Part shown: positions 1 through 13,180 of the stretch, piece by piece
Position numbering within the stretch: position 1 is the stretch's first letter
Layout of the letters: each line of letters starts with the position of its first letter
Assembly: GCA_964016885.1 (NCBI GenBank)
Contig: OZ024741.1
Location: forward strand, 354,888,001 to 354,952,000
Direction: 5' to 3'
From: Eledone cirrhosa
Taxonomy: Eukaryota
DNA length: 64,000 nt
Program-made: the position numbers and the translations under genes
Notes under the pieces: model-generated
Database searches by the model: none
What the model saw: the letters and a program-made list of their open reading frames with translations, nothing else
What the model was told of the DNA's origin: nothing

Positions 1-460
1 GATGCTACTGCACCAATCTTTTGGTATGGCCCCCTCTAGTATTACCTGGTTAACGATACGTGTGGTTATAGTGTGACCTACAGACCCAGATGCCTTCAGC
101 ATCTCGGCAGCTATACCCGATGGACCGGTTGCCTTCCCTATCTTCATATCTCTGATTGCCTTACTTACTACGCTGCCGCTGACTTGTACTGCTGGTCCCT
201 CTATAGGGTCTACGTGGGGTAGGGTCTCTTCTTTCCATGCATTCTCCTCATTTAGTAATCTATCATAATGACTCTTCCATGCATCTTTCTTCTCAGCACT
301 TGTGAGGGCAAGCTCACCTTTATCATTCCGGATACACTTCTCTCCAATGACATCACAACTATCTCTGACACACTGCCTCGCAATCTTGAATACCTCCTGT
401 TTCTGGTCCTCACGTTGTAAAACATGCTTGAATTTTCTATCCTCTGCTTCCCTCCTAGCT
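1..460 (-). mobile_element. RTE-clade LINE internal fragment (region upstream of RT)
   Basis: Minus strand reads ...GKATGPSGIAAEMLKASG...DWCSSI, the typical pre-RT segment of RTE/BovB-like ORFs; runs off the window start. Confidence 0.75.
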
Positions 461-546
461 AAGTATACTTATATATATATATATATATATAATATTCAAA
501 ATATTAATAAATGAGAAATATTTTCATAACCAAAGTATATATTTTA

Positions 547-1401
547 TCTATATATCTAAAACAGAGAATGTCTGTCTGTCTGACTCCCTAAAACTCAAGA
601 ACCACCCAACCAATTTTTTTCAAACTTTACACATGTAATACTTATGGCCGTGTGAGTGTTTTGAGCAAAAAATATTTTAAATTTTCAATGCCCTAGGGAC
701 CGCATTAGGCGCCGTTTAGCGATCTCTCTATAATTTTTAGTCTGTCTTTTCAGATAGATACATAGCTACAACGTCGCGCCCTTATAATATCTGTCCGTAT
801 GTCTGGCTGTCTGCATTACGACATTATGACGCTATATGTGTGTGTGTGTATATATATATATAGTGTGTAACGTTTTTCGAAATATTTACTTCTGCGTTCA
901 CAGATTGATTTTTTTTAGTTTCAGAAGATCGCTTAAACTTTAAATTTTAATATATATATATATATATATTCGTGTACAGATATTTTTGCATACACAATAA
1001 CAAAATATAAACAAACGTATTTATTTCACAAGGCTCGATAAGGATAAATATATATCAAATATATAAGAACTCTAAAGCAAATATTGTTCTCATTGCTGAC
1101 AAGGCAGAATGGGATATACACGATTGGCTGAAGAAGGACGAGACTGTGTTAGTAGTACGACCAACGGCCGCTATCACACCAACAGCAGCAAAAACAACAA
1201 CAAAAAAAGAGAGGGAAAACAATTACATGCTTTTGAAAAATCTTAATGGAAAATTATTTGCCTCTTCACCCAAGGCGACTTCACTTCTTATTAGGACTTT
1301 TGCATCAATTGGTGAACATACAACGAAACTATTTCAGAAAGGAGGGATAAACATGCCAATCTATGTTTAGAATACCGAGCAACGCCGCGCCATTCTGCTA
1401 G
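547..1401 (+). mobile_element. Non-autonomous Helitron
   Basis: Starts TC (547), ends with a GC-rich subterminal motif (gagcaacgccgcgcc) and CTAG (1398-1401); inserted between A and T with no TSD. Confidence 0.65.
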
Positions 1402-2829
1402 TTATACATATTTCAAGGGTACAATGGTTTTGAGTACGTTTTCGTCAGATGAAACATAAGAGATTGGTTATTTGACATACCCCTAAGGTCTTGAACCTTC
1501 AATCCACAAATACTATGTAAACTTTTGGTTATATCATCATCATCATCTTCGTTTAACGTCCATCTTCCATGCTAGCATGGGTTAGTGTGTGTGTATGTTT
1601 TTGCATGCGTATAGTTATTAATTTATGTGTGCATATGTAACTCTATATAGATATGTATAGGTGAGTATTTCATAGGGTGTATAAGAAAGTATATACAATA
1701 GGTTTATGTATAATAAACATACGAGAGTCTCACTATGAACTCTTCTTTAAAGCAGTGATGATGTCACAGCTATCTCTGTAGTGATGAGAATGCCAAATAT
1801 TTATTTCTGGATTTTTACCCATCATCAGTCTCATTGCTTCTGAGACAAAGGTTTAAACACCTGTATGGATTTGAAACATCGGCTGGAAATGATCATTTGC
1901 ATATAGTGTGAACCTGACTGGTGAAATGTAAGTATTCATTTAGATATATATGTATATATATATATATATACATATATATGAAAAAAGTCAGAACCCCGAC
2001 GGCTGAGCTCCGGCCGTTTCGACAGCTAGTGTGTACTCTGGTGCGTTATGGTCCACTTGGTATCTTACAACACCTTCTTTGTTATATATATATATATATA
2101 TATATATACCATCATCATCATCACCATTTTACATCCATTTTCCACACTAACACTGGTTAGACGAGTTGTCCTGTTGTGGGCAATGCTAGGTCAAGTGATC
2201 ATGTCTTGTTCATCTCTGTTATTTATTATATATATATATATATATATACAATAAATAATGCTTCTTCTTTTGGCACAAGGCCAGCAGTTACCACAGTGCA
2301 TTACTGGTACTTTATTTTGTTGACCCTGTAAGGATGAAAGGCAAAGTTAACCTTGGCGGGATTTGAATATATATATATATCATAAATAAGAGAGGTTTTA
2401 TTCGTATGTCTTCATTTTATTTCATAATTCTATTATACATATTTCAAAAATGCCAGAGTGTTTATATAATAACTTCCAAGTATGTTTTCATCAGATAGTG
2501 TAAGATGTATTTTCCTATCCATTGATATGTTACTGGTTTTTCGTAGTGTTCACATCAATGGCCAGTACCCATATGAATAGTTTTGCTATTCTAGCAGTTC
2601 TACGTAGAGTGGGAGACAATATTGTTGCCTTTGACTGCAAGTAGGTTACAGTATCAAATTACCAGAGGGTTCATATATTTCTTTGGTTTGGCTTGAATTA
2701 ACTATTAGTTTTTTTTTTTTACTTAATTCTACGTATTTATATTTCTATCCTAGGCATTAATTGTTGAATAAGGAGATTCCTGTGTATCTCTGTACTGATG
2801 TATGATTTAGTAATTATTTTATGGTCTAT

Positions 2830-3200
2830 TTTATATTACTTACGGATGCGTTCTATATTCTCCGGAAAGTTTTTGAGATCTTGTGCTTACAGGTGTTAAA
2901 TATGTCAAAGCGTTTATTAATAAATGCTTGTGTGTGCAAAGTGTGATGCTGCATGGTAGCAAAACATGGGCATTGACTGCTGAGGATATGCGTTGGCTGG
3001 AGAGAATTGAAGCAACCATGCTTTGTTGGATGTGCAATGTAAATGTGAGAGAAAAGTAGAGTTTGGATGAATTGAAGGAGAAATGTGATATACATGGATG
3101 ATGATCACTGCATGAAGAGGTGCTAGGAAATCCCAATGGTAGGAAGCTGAAGTAGAGGTAGGGCAAGGAAGACCTGGGTGGAGGGAGTGAGAGCTGGGAT
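2830..3200 (+). mobile_element. Degenerate RTE LINE 3' ORF fragment
   Basis: Decayed MLHGSKTWALTAEDMRWLERIEATMLCWMC, homologous to 5327-5563. Confidence 0.6.
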
Positions 3201-3628
3201 ATCTGTGTTCATCCTCTAACCCCCTCTTGCATGGCTAGAGGGGGAGTGACCATTTCCCTTGAGTATGTTTAAGAATGGTGCCTTTTTAAAACTTTGGATA
3301 GCAAACAGTCTGAAAGCATTTCTGGTTCTAAAATACCAAACTTTTAAGTGTTTATATTAAATTCTATGCAAGAACCTTTGTTAAGTTATTCTCCAAACAG
3401 TTTAATAATGAGATGGTTAATTATATTACTAAATCCCTCCAAATCCCTGATTTGAAAACCATACATTATATATTATTGTAATAAAAGGGTTAACAGCTGT
3501 TTTAACCCATGACTTCCCTTGTCTGAAAAAAGTTGAATCTCAACAACAGTAAAATACTATAGAAACATTTGTGAAACCTGTTTTTACTTTAATTCTTGCT
3601 TTTCTACAATGCCATATTTTTCTTACAG

Positions 3629-3730
3629 GGTATTGATGACCTGCAGACTGAAGCTGACCGGTCAGCACAGAGATATATTATAGGATCTCTACAACACCAT
3701 TTCCCTAAAGTGACCTTTGTAGGAGAAGAG
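3629..3730 (+). CDS. BPNT1: BPNT1 coding exon (first in window): GIDDLQTEADRSAQRYIIGSLQHHFPKVTFVGEE
   Basis: ttacAG acceptor and GTaaaa donor, phase 0/0; matches the BPNT1 DLQTxADR...FP...GEE segment. Confidence 0.93.
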
Positions 3731-4597
3731 GTAAAATATTTTCAGACTCTTTCTTTATTTTTCTCATAAACAGCAAATTGGCAAAGTCATTAGAGGATAG
3801 GTCAAAACAACATACAGTATTTGTTCTGTTCCACTTTCTGTGCTGTGAGTTCAAATCTTACCAAGGCCAGCCATTCTTGCCTTTCAGGGTGGCTTAAATA
3901 TAGTACCTGCTATATTCCCACTCTGTTTAATACAATCACCTGGTTCTTGAATGCCTTTAGCAGAATACACTCTATTACAAACATTCAAACTAAGTCACTG
4001 ATAAGGGTTGTGGCCACTGCCTTTCTATCCCTGACTAAACGATAAAAAAAAGGCAAGGGCTAGCATTCATTTACTAATTGTAATATTGATTTCTAATTTA
4101 GGCACAAGGCCAAAAATTTGTTGGGTGGAGAAAGTTAATCATACCAGCCTTAATACATAATTGGGGCTCTATTCATCGACCCCAGAAGGATGAAAGACAA
4201 AGTTAACTTCAGTGGGACTTGATCTCAGAACATAAAGGCTATAACTAAATGCTGCAAAACATTTTGTTGAATGATCTAATGATTCTGCCAATACACTGCT
4301 CTTAACTAATTGTAATAATAACTACCGTCTAACTTTTATAGTCATACATCCTTGATTCTTAGTCGTATTCCACATTCAGTTATTTGGGGGTACTCTGGAT
4401 ATCCCAGAAGAATTTTATTTTCATGTAGAAACCTGGATTGCTGCATTTTACTCAGTCTACTGAGTACAAGCCAACCTTTTCATTTGTCTTATATAGCCAT
4501 TACTACAAACCAACCAGTTGTCCTATGTAACCATTTGAAACAAATAGTTACTACTACTAGCCAACCTTTCCGTTTATCTTATGCTTTTTTCTTCCAG

Positions 4598-4705
4598 GAT
4601 TTATCCCCAGATAGTAATACTACAGTATTTCAAGAAGCTGACTTCAGCAAAGATGTACTATCGCTTACATGTCCTGAAAATCTGAAAAATATTTCAGACA
4701 ATGAG
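4598..4705 (+). CDS. BPNT1: BPNT1 coding exon: DLSPDSNTTVFQEADFSKDVLSLTCPENLKNISDNE
   Basis: Polypyrimidine ttccAG acceptor and GTaaa donor, 108 nt, phase 0/0; aligns with the BPNT1 DLP...CP...I.EED segment. Confidence 0.88.
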
Positions 4706-4789
4706 GTAAAACATTTAATTTTTTTTAACCCTTTCATCACCATATTTATAATGAAAACATTATGAATGATTTTCAAATAATTTTGAAAA

Positions 4790-6085
4790 TCATAGCTGAA
4801 TCGATGGCTGAACTAGAGAAGAAATTCCAAACATGGAAGCATGGCCTAGAATCAAAAGGCCTTAAAGTTAACTTTTCTAAGACTAAAGTTCTAGTATGTA
4901 GAAAGGAAAATAGGGTACATGTACCCTCTGGCAAATGGCCATGCTCAGTGTGTAGGAAAGGAGTTAGGCAGAAATTCCATATTATGTCCCAAATGCAAAC
5001 TATGGGTACATAAAAGATGTAGTGGGATCACAGGTAAGCTTTTAAAGAATGTAGATTTTATATGTGGCCGATGCTTAGGTGCAATAAGTAGCAAGTGCCC
5101 ACAGGATACTAACTCCTTCTATTGCCCAGATGGTTCTATAGAAATAGTGGACACCTTCCATTACCTGGGTGACAAAATCAGCAGTGGTGGAGGGTGCTCA
5201 GAAAGTACAGTAGCCAGAGTCAGAACGGGATGGAAAAAGTTCAGAGAGCTTATACCACTATTGACCACTAAAGGTTTCTCTCTAAAAATGAAAGGCAGAT
5301 TGTATGATGCCTGTATATGAACAGCAATGTTACATAGCAGTGAGACATGGGCTTTGTGTGCAGAGAATCTGCGCAGACTGGAGAGGAACGAAGCATCCAT
5401 GCTCTGTTGGATGTGTAATAGTAATATATGCGAACGGCAAGGCATAAATGAACTGTTTACTCGAAAGAAGACTACATCAGTATGGTCACGTGATGTGCAT
5501 GAAAGACGACAGTTGTATAAAAAAAGTGCAGGGCGATCAAAATTGATGGAAGTTATGGAGTAGGTAGACCCAGAAAAACCTGGGATGATTTGATAAATTC
5601 TGACCTCACACACTTACACCTCTCTAAGACAATGTCACTGGATCGAGAGCTTTGGCGCTACGCAGTAATACAGAAGACCCGCCTTGCCTATGTACAAAGC
5701 GAAACCTACAGTAAGTAGGCACCTCTTAACCAAATATATACCCCATCCCACTACCCCTACTCCACCCCACCTCCCACAACACCACCCTTTCTCTGTAAAG
5801 TTATGTTGGTACCACAACATCCAGTCCCAAATAAATGAGGTCGTGTAGGTGTCATGACAAAAAAACACGCAGTCCATGCTGTAATGTGGCCGTGTAGGTA
5901 ACACGGTAAAAACCTCCCAGTTCCACTGTAAATGTGGTTGGTGTTAAGAAGGGCATCCAGCCGTAGAAAACCTGCCAGACAGCCCTATACGAGTGAGACA
6001 CGGTCACCCGACCAATCTTAGCTCAAGTAGGACAATTCCCATCTAAACCCATGCTAGCGTGGAAGATAGACGTTGATGATGATGA
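4790..6085 (+). mobile_element. 5'-truncated RTE LINE with PHD-like Cys-rich insert and (GAT)n tail, inserted in a TTAA-type MITE
   Basis: GLKVNFSKTKV, KWPCSVC...CKLWVHKRC...CGRC, FHYLGD, MLHSSETW; frameshifted; ends gatgatgatgat; MITE sequence begun at ~4726 resumes after 6085. Confidence 0.88.
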
Positions 6086-7406
6086 TTGAGAATTTGAAGG
6101 TTGGTGGTTGGAACATAATTTAACATAGTTTCATACATAAAATGATGGAAGATTTGTAGATAAATATAAACACTTTAACCCCTTTTGTTACCATATTTTT
6201 GATGAAAGGCATTATGTATGGTTTTCAAATAATTTTGAACATCACAAATTTGAAGGAGTTTAGTAATATAACTAACTTTCTCATTATTAGACTGATGTTT
6301 GGAACATAACTTAAAGGTTCTTACATAAAATTATGGTTGAATGTTTTTAGATAAATAAAAACACTTTAAAATAAACAACTTTGTATCATAAAAGAAGGGA
6401 CAGTTTTAGGTGGTTTGGTATTAAAAGGATTAAAAATTTCTGTTTAGTCAGATACCAGTTATTATTAAGCTGGTGTTTTGAACCTAACCTAACAAATGTT
6501 CTTACATAAAATTACAATGAGAGGTTTTTTAGATAAACGTAAAACACTTGTATTGTAGAACCAAAAGGAGTTTTTGTTGGTTTATTATTAATGGGTAAGT
6601 GGCTGAGCATTACACAAACATGTGTACTCTTATGTAATTTTCAGGGAAATCCTGTTTGACACAAGTTGGCACTTTGAATTACAGGTACAGTCCATTCAAT
6701 AAGATTTTAAACAGTTTCTGTCTACCCAGTTTCGCTCACAAGGCTTAGGTTGACTCAAGGCTATGGCAAATACCCAGGATTCCACACACTGTGACTGAAC
6801 TTAGACCTTTGTGGTTGTATGTAGACATTCTATTACATTACAGTGGTTTATTACAGACACCTTGAGCCAACGAGGGAGCATCTACATGTTTGCTGAAAAT
6901 GTTAGAAATAGCAGCCAAATTTTCAAATCATAGCCTACCATTTGAAAAAAAAAGAACATGTTGGATAATGTGGTTTTAAGTTCCTTGCACATAGGAAAAA
7001 AGCAAAATAGTCAAGGTTGGAATGCCTTTTATCATAGATCTGTTCAATGAGAGCTGACCTTCGATTAATCAACAATTGCAAATACCTAACAATACTCCGA
7101 GTATTTTACTTACATACACCTGACTGTACTATACATTGGCAACTACAGAAACCCAACTACATTGCAGTTATTTACTTACATACACATCACTGCACTGTGG
7201 TAACTACATGCACCTGGATTGCACAGTGATAAATACATACATTTGACTGCACAGTGGTAACTATAATCTCAGAGATTGCCTACAAACAATAGGATGCACC
7301 CCACTGAAATAACTACAATCACATCACTACATTTTATACCTTTGTTTAATTGTTTCTAAGAGAGTTGCCTCATTCATCTCATCAAAAACTTATTTTCTTA
7401 TTGCAG

Positions 7407-7455
7407 ATAATAGTGTGGGTTGATCCTCTGGATGGAACCAAAGAATTTACACAAG
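7407..7455 (+). CDS. BPNT1: BPNT1 coding exon: IIVWVDPLDGTKEFTQ(G)
   Basis: ttgcAG/GTaac, 49 nt; carries the DPLDGT metal-binding motif of the inositol monophosphatase/FIG superfamily. Confidence 0.95.
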
Positions 7456-8316
7456 GTAACTGGCTAACTTGTTTTGGGAGCAAACCACTTTCGTTCTAGA
7501 AGAGTCTATCTTTATGACATATTGATTTTATGTTTGATGAGGCATAAAACTTCAGAAAGAATGGCATGTTGCATGGGAAATATACAAAGTAAAATAGCTA
7601 CAAATAGGGATTGATACTAAGTCCTTGTATTGGTTTACCTCTAAACTATGATGTTACCTGTCATAGTTATTAGCTACTTTTTAGTTATTTTATATAGTTG
7701 TTGCTCAGTTTCAGTCAGCTGTGATCAAGCAGTGGTTATGATCAAAAACATTTCCAACCTTCACCTCCCCATCTTTTTGTATATCTAGGATTTCAATGTC
7801 CAATGTGTCCTTCCCTTTAAAAGAGTAGGCTGTGATTTTAGATAAATTTGATTGCAATTTCTAGCAAATCGAAGGATCATGTAAAGGGTACAGTTAACTA
7901 AATTATTCTCTCCTTGTATTATTGGTATGTCAGTGACCTAGGAGAGTTTCTTCTTGTAGAGGTTACAAACAGTGTAGAAAACTAAAACTAAATACTGTAA
8001 TAATTATTTCTACTTTTGGCACAAGGCCAGCAATTACCCCAGTGCATTACAAATGCTTTATTTTATCTACCCCGTAAGGATGAAAGGCAAAGCTAACCTC
8101 AGCTGGATTTGAACTCAGAACGTAAAGGGCCATAATTCTATGCTGCAAAGCAATGTAATAATGTCTGCTAGCCTAGCATTTCAACTGACATCAGTACATT
8201 TTTTTTTCACCTCAAACATGGCAATAAAGCTATTAAAATGCAAGGGGTTATTAAGAAGGAAAAAGGATAAGACAGAGAATATGATTCAAGGAGAAAGATA
8301 ATGATTGATGTTGCTT

Positions 8317-8873
8317 CTAAATCTTCCATAGGCGAGACATACGAAAGAAGAAACTATCAGAATAGAATTTACATATAGGAACTTCAAGTGTGAAGGGATG
8401 AAGCCTAGCTGCAAATCTGGTACTATGTTTAAACTCATGAAGAGGAAAGCTCATCATATCAAAGGCAAGAGTCCTAGCTTTACCAGATTTATCCAAAGCA
8501 TGGCAAACTCTTTCAGCAATAACTGTTAAGACACAGCAATTGTTTATGAGAAACAAATGCCATATTTATCTGAAAGAAGACCCAATGAGGTATGATGCTC
8601 ACCAATTCTCAAAGCCTCAAAAACTTTGTGAAAAAGAGGTAGGAGATTAATAGGGTGATAGTTGGAAGGATCGGACAGTCCTCCAGAGTTCTTAAAAACT
8701 AGAATAACAGATTTCCAATAAAATGGAAAGCAAGAATCAGCAAAGCAATTGTAAAGTTTAGATAGATCAAGAGCTAGTTCAGGAGAACAAATCTGCATGG
8801 TTATGGTGATCAAGATTTGAAATGACACCAGAAACCTAATGAATAGACTTGAGGACAGTACAGACCAGCACAA
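8317..8873 (-). mobile_element. Degenerate non-LTR RT fragment (CR1/Jockey-like)
   Basis: FP..WK...VFKN...DPSNYHPINLLPLFHKVFE...LLSDKYG...ALDK....LAFD. Confidence 0.7.
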
Positions 8874-8899
8874 ATGCTGAGTTAGCCCTACTATATATA

Positions 8900-11800
8900 T
8901 AAGTATTAGAGGTACAAATTAATTGTGTCCACAGGTGGTATGCCAAGATGAGCACTCGATGCTCATGGGGAGCAGAGTATCAATAATAATATTAAAAGAG
9001 AACAAAGAATCAGTATTGCATCATATACATATTTAATTATATATTACATATGTTTCACTGCTGATCAGCACGAGGCACGAATGTTCGATCCTGACTCTGG
9101 AATCGGAAGCTCCTTAGATATGTGTTCACATTTAGACTCACGTCCAAGTGTGGTTAGATTGTTAATCATCTGATTTGTTATTTTAGGCTGCCACACACTC
9201 TGTTAAAAGGAATGTGTTATTGTATTCAGTCAAATCCCAGTGGGGAGACGACCTAGAACTCAGCAATGTTATCTGTCACCGGTTGGTCAAGATGGTAGTT
9301 TATGCTGGTCTCATACAGAAGCCATTTATACATGACTGCCTGTCTATAGGAAGTCTGTGGTTATAGTCTTTGAAGTTTATAAGAATAAATAGTGTAATAA
9401 GGAAATAAACAAATAAAAACAAATTTGATAGATGGCATTACAAAGATAAATAAATAAATAATAAGGATAGAAAGAATATGATAGTGTGATAAAAAAAATG
9501 AAGAATAAAACATATATATATATGTAAAAGAAACAATACAAACATAATAAAGGGCTAAAATAAAATAATAGCATTTTTTTAAAAGAACATAGATGGATAA
9601 GTAGGAACTAGAAGGGAAAGGAAAAGGAAAAAGAAAGAGTGAATGTCTAGACAGACTTCAGATATATTCTAGCGAACTGCTATTATGGTCCAGTGTAGAG
9701 AGGTCAAATACCTTAACTGTGAAAAAAGAATTTTTTTGCAAACAAGAATGTATGATCAAACTGGGTATATGTCTATAGGATGCTTGTGTGTACATGCGTA
9801 TGAGTGTGTTGTTACGCATGTTTTAGGTTGTGTACAGTATTATGTGTGTGTATGTGTGTGCATGTATGGGTATGTTCTTACATATGCATGTGTTCTTATA
9901 TGTGCTAAGTTATACATAAACAGTAGGCCTAACCATCGGTTCGAGTGCTCAACAAAACGTAGGGCTACCCCGGTGCAGTGGTAAGCTGTGGCCTGTGCAG
10001 ACTTATGCACTCGTCTAGCTCCTAGGTGGGAAAGTAAAGCGCGGAAAAGGTGCCTGCACGCCACGATAATCTCAGACTTGAGATTAACTAAGTTTTGTTT
10101 TAATTTCACAATTTCCATGGCTTCCGCCACACAGAGTTTGCAGTGGCCACGTGTTGCACTATATTCCAGAGTAGTTTCAAGCTTGTGTTGTTGTCCTTTA
10201 GCGTCCAGATTAAGTCCACTAGTCTTGTGGAATGCCTCTTGGTCCGGTCCTTGAAAGACTTTGTGTGGTTGTACATCCTTGATTTAAAGTTCATGGATGT
10301 TGCGCCGATATAATTGTGAACTGTGTTCTGCGTTTCAACCACATATTTGTACACAATATTCCTGACCATGCAGTTGCCCTGGAGAGGGCACTGCACTTTA
10401 TTATGGCAGTTGCAAGGCAGGGTGTCAGAATGCCTATGCTGATGTGCACCAGAACCCAGGGTGCCAGGTGTTACGTCATTTCTATATCAACCTGTTAATA
10501 TGCTGGGGATCACGGTCGACATTGCGGTCAGGTGGATGTCAGTGTCATGTGGCTTTCAACGGATTGGGGCACAGTAGTTGATAGAGCGTAGTTGGTGTTA
10601 GGGTCAGTGCGGTTCCTCTCAACCACACTGCACAGAGTTCAGACTGCTGTTGGCAGCACTCATAATCACGCATTTTCTTTGAGATAGTTTTTGCAATATA
10701 GTCACTCAAGTTGGGTGCTGTGAAAAATGAGAATTTCACAGTGTGCCGGTTCAACAGTTTGTAGTATTTATGGGTAGTTTGGAAACACTCATCCAGTGCC
10801 TTAAAGAATATCCCAGGTATGTTGGTTCGTATATGCTTAGAATATGGCGCATTAAACCACGTTACTTTTCTCGATCTGTTTTAGCGTATCTCCTATGCAT
10901 TGATGGTTTACATACGTTGTCATGTTGTCTGCTGCTATAGTAATTGTCAGTTATATTCACTCCTATGTCGAATGTTGTTAGGTCTATCGGTCTGGTGCGA
11001 GTTGTTGTGGTCTATGTCTATTGTGGGATGTGCAATGTTAAGTCATTATTGTTGTTTCTATTCCTATTTCCGGTGCTACTACAGTTGCAGGTGCACGGTT
11101 TTGTTGTTCCTATGCTGTCTACTAATTGTACTGTATCCCTATTGTGTTTATCCTTATGGGTGGACAATTCAAGGTCCCTATTTCTAATGTTCTTATCCAT
11201 TGGTATGTTGTTGGCATGTCCTTGGTTTTGCGTGTTAAGTTATCTATCATTACCCAGTGCCTCTCTATATTCGCCTGTCATATTGGTATTCATATTCTTT
11301 CTAACGTTCCAGTGTTTGTCATTAGGTTAATATCTGTCATTGCCTGTACTGTCATTACTCGAGTTCCGGGGATCCCTGGAGCCTGGCCTGTCCTTGTCAG
11401 AGATGTATTTAATACCTTTGTCATAACCAGCCCTAGCTAGTGCCTCATTGGAGTAGTCGGCATGCTGTCTGAATACCTCAGCATTTGCCGACAAAGTAGA
11501 CACTCGGTTTGAGATTCCCTTGACTATAGAGTTAATTATAGTCTTGGGGTGGTTCAAGTGCCTACTCACGTACTGCAAATTTTCGCTCAGTATATGCCGA
11601 TGTCTAGCTCCAGGGTTATGTCCAAAAAATTCGCCATCTTTGTCTTGGGGTCAATCCTACCGTGAATCCGTATTGTTTAAAAAAATACCTAATTCTTTTC
11701 CTCATTCTCTCTAGCTGGTTATGGTTGGCAAAGTAGAACATAAAAAAAGCATAGTCTCTATACAATCCACCCCGGGAATTTCCTGCTGTAGGAGGTATAT

Positions 11801-12997
11801 TCCTACTACATCCATTAGCTGTGTGGAGTCGCTGGACCGCATAGTTACGTCAAAACTGTCGGGTCTATCCTTACTCTCCCAAAATCTTCCGTCATACTGA
11901 ATAAGTGTTTTCCTAGCAGCTCTCTTCTTATGAGGCTAGATTTACTCATAGCATTCATGAGAGCCTTATTTACAATTATTGGGGAGATTGATGCATAATA
12001 AATCGTTATGTTTAGTTGTATAAATCTTAATTCTTGCTTACTATCTAGTTGGGAGAACCAGTCTATCACTTCCTTAGTGGGGGTCCACAAGCTGAGTCTA
12101 CTTTTGGTCCTCAATTCAGGTAAAATTCTATCTATGATAGTCTTACTGACTCTACCTATGTCCGACTTAGAGGGTGCTATTAACCTAACTGGGACATTGG
12201 CTCTGAAGTCTGGCTTATGGTCCTTAACTGAGATCTGAGGTGTCCTGTCATCTATTTCTAGCTTAGTCATTATCTTCTTGGTCGCAGCATTAATCCTAGT
12301 AAGGTTGTTCTGTTCTGTAGTCCTATAGTTTTTGCTAATTTCCTTACTTATGTAGTCTCTGTATGTTTTTTGGTCAATACTATACTAGTTTCCTGTCTTA
12401 TCCGAGGGTACTAGTATCCCCGGGCACTCTCTCGGGAGTTGAGTTTATTAAGGTAAGCATTGTCCCATACAGTTCTCCTCTTGAATTTGATGTTACGGAC
12501 CATACTAATGATCCGGCTCTGAAAGTTGTCAAGTAATCCATTATCCAGTGGGTAGCTCCTAGATTTAAAGGCCCATTTAAGGAGGGCTTCAGAGTACTCC
12601 TGTGTATGGTGTTGAGTCCTTTTGTCATAGTGGTAAGCACACCATCTCATATGTCTAATGAAGGAGCTGGTATATTGAATAACCAGATGCATGTAAGTGT
12701 GGTTAGATGGGATTGGGATGTCTTTCAGCAGGATGTGTTCTGAAACTTCTCCATGGCGATCCGTATAAGCGCGCTACTAGTGTAGGGGCTAATCAGGTAT
12801 TAGAGGTGAAAATTAATTGTCCACTGGTGGTATGCCAAGATGAGCACTCGATGCTCACAGGGAGCAGAGTATCAATAATAATATTAAAAGGGAACAATAT
12901 TAATTAATCGTTCCTTGAGCTGATCGACAGTGAAACATATGTAATTAAATATGTATCCGATGCAATACTGATTCTTTGTTCCCTTTTAATATTATTA
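8900..12997 (-). mobile_element. Penelope-like retroelement (Naiad-like), decayed, with pseudo-LTRs
   Basis: RT N-part (KDHKPDF...VRLIAPSKSDIGRVSK), thumb (YV..HLNHP..IINSI...ISNRVS.LS), CNC..CPLQGNC..NIVYK..YIGAT..FKSR..NH GIY-YIG nuclease, C-terminal CKLC..EII..CRH; repeat 8903-9005 recurs at 12797-12897. Confidence 0.88.
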
Positions 12998-13029
12998 CAT
13001 ATATGTATTTATATATGCATATATGTATT

Positions 13030-13180
13030 TATCATCATCATCGTTCAACGTCTATCTTCCACACTAGCATGGGTTAGACGGGAATTGTCCCACTTGAGGC
13101 AAGAATGGTCGGGTGACCGTGTCTCGTTCGTGTAGGACTGTCTGGCAGGATGCCCTTCCTAACACCAACCACATTTACAT
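13030..13180 (-). mobile_element. RTE 3'-end fragment
   Basis: Reverse complement of the 5930-6085 RTE tail, with (CAT)n. Confidence 0.75.

Noticed and set aside
1415-1460. CTGACGA...AAAC hammerhead-like strings (also ~2475-2495 and ~52180-52212)
   Set aside because: Stems I/II do not pair; at most decayed Penelope tail remnants
1750-1846. Possible intronic C/D snoRNA or SECIS (GTGATGA twice, CTGA, internal hairpin)
   Set aside because: No convincing terminal stem, no rRNA guide I can recognise, no apical AA for SECIS; needs snoscan/Infernal
1-3628. BPNT1 first coding exon (~40 aa N-terminus)
   Set aside because: No matching exon recognised; presumed upstream of the window
9070-10400. Selenocysteine recoding (in-frame UGA + SECIS) reported for some Naiad PLEs
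   Set aside because: Cys codons of the nuclease region are ordinary TGY and no SECIS-like hairpin was seen in the part of the 3' UTR examined
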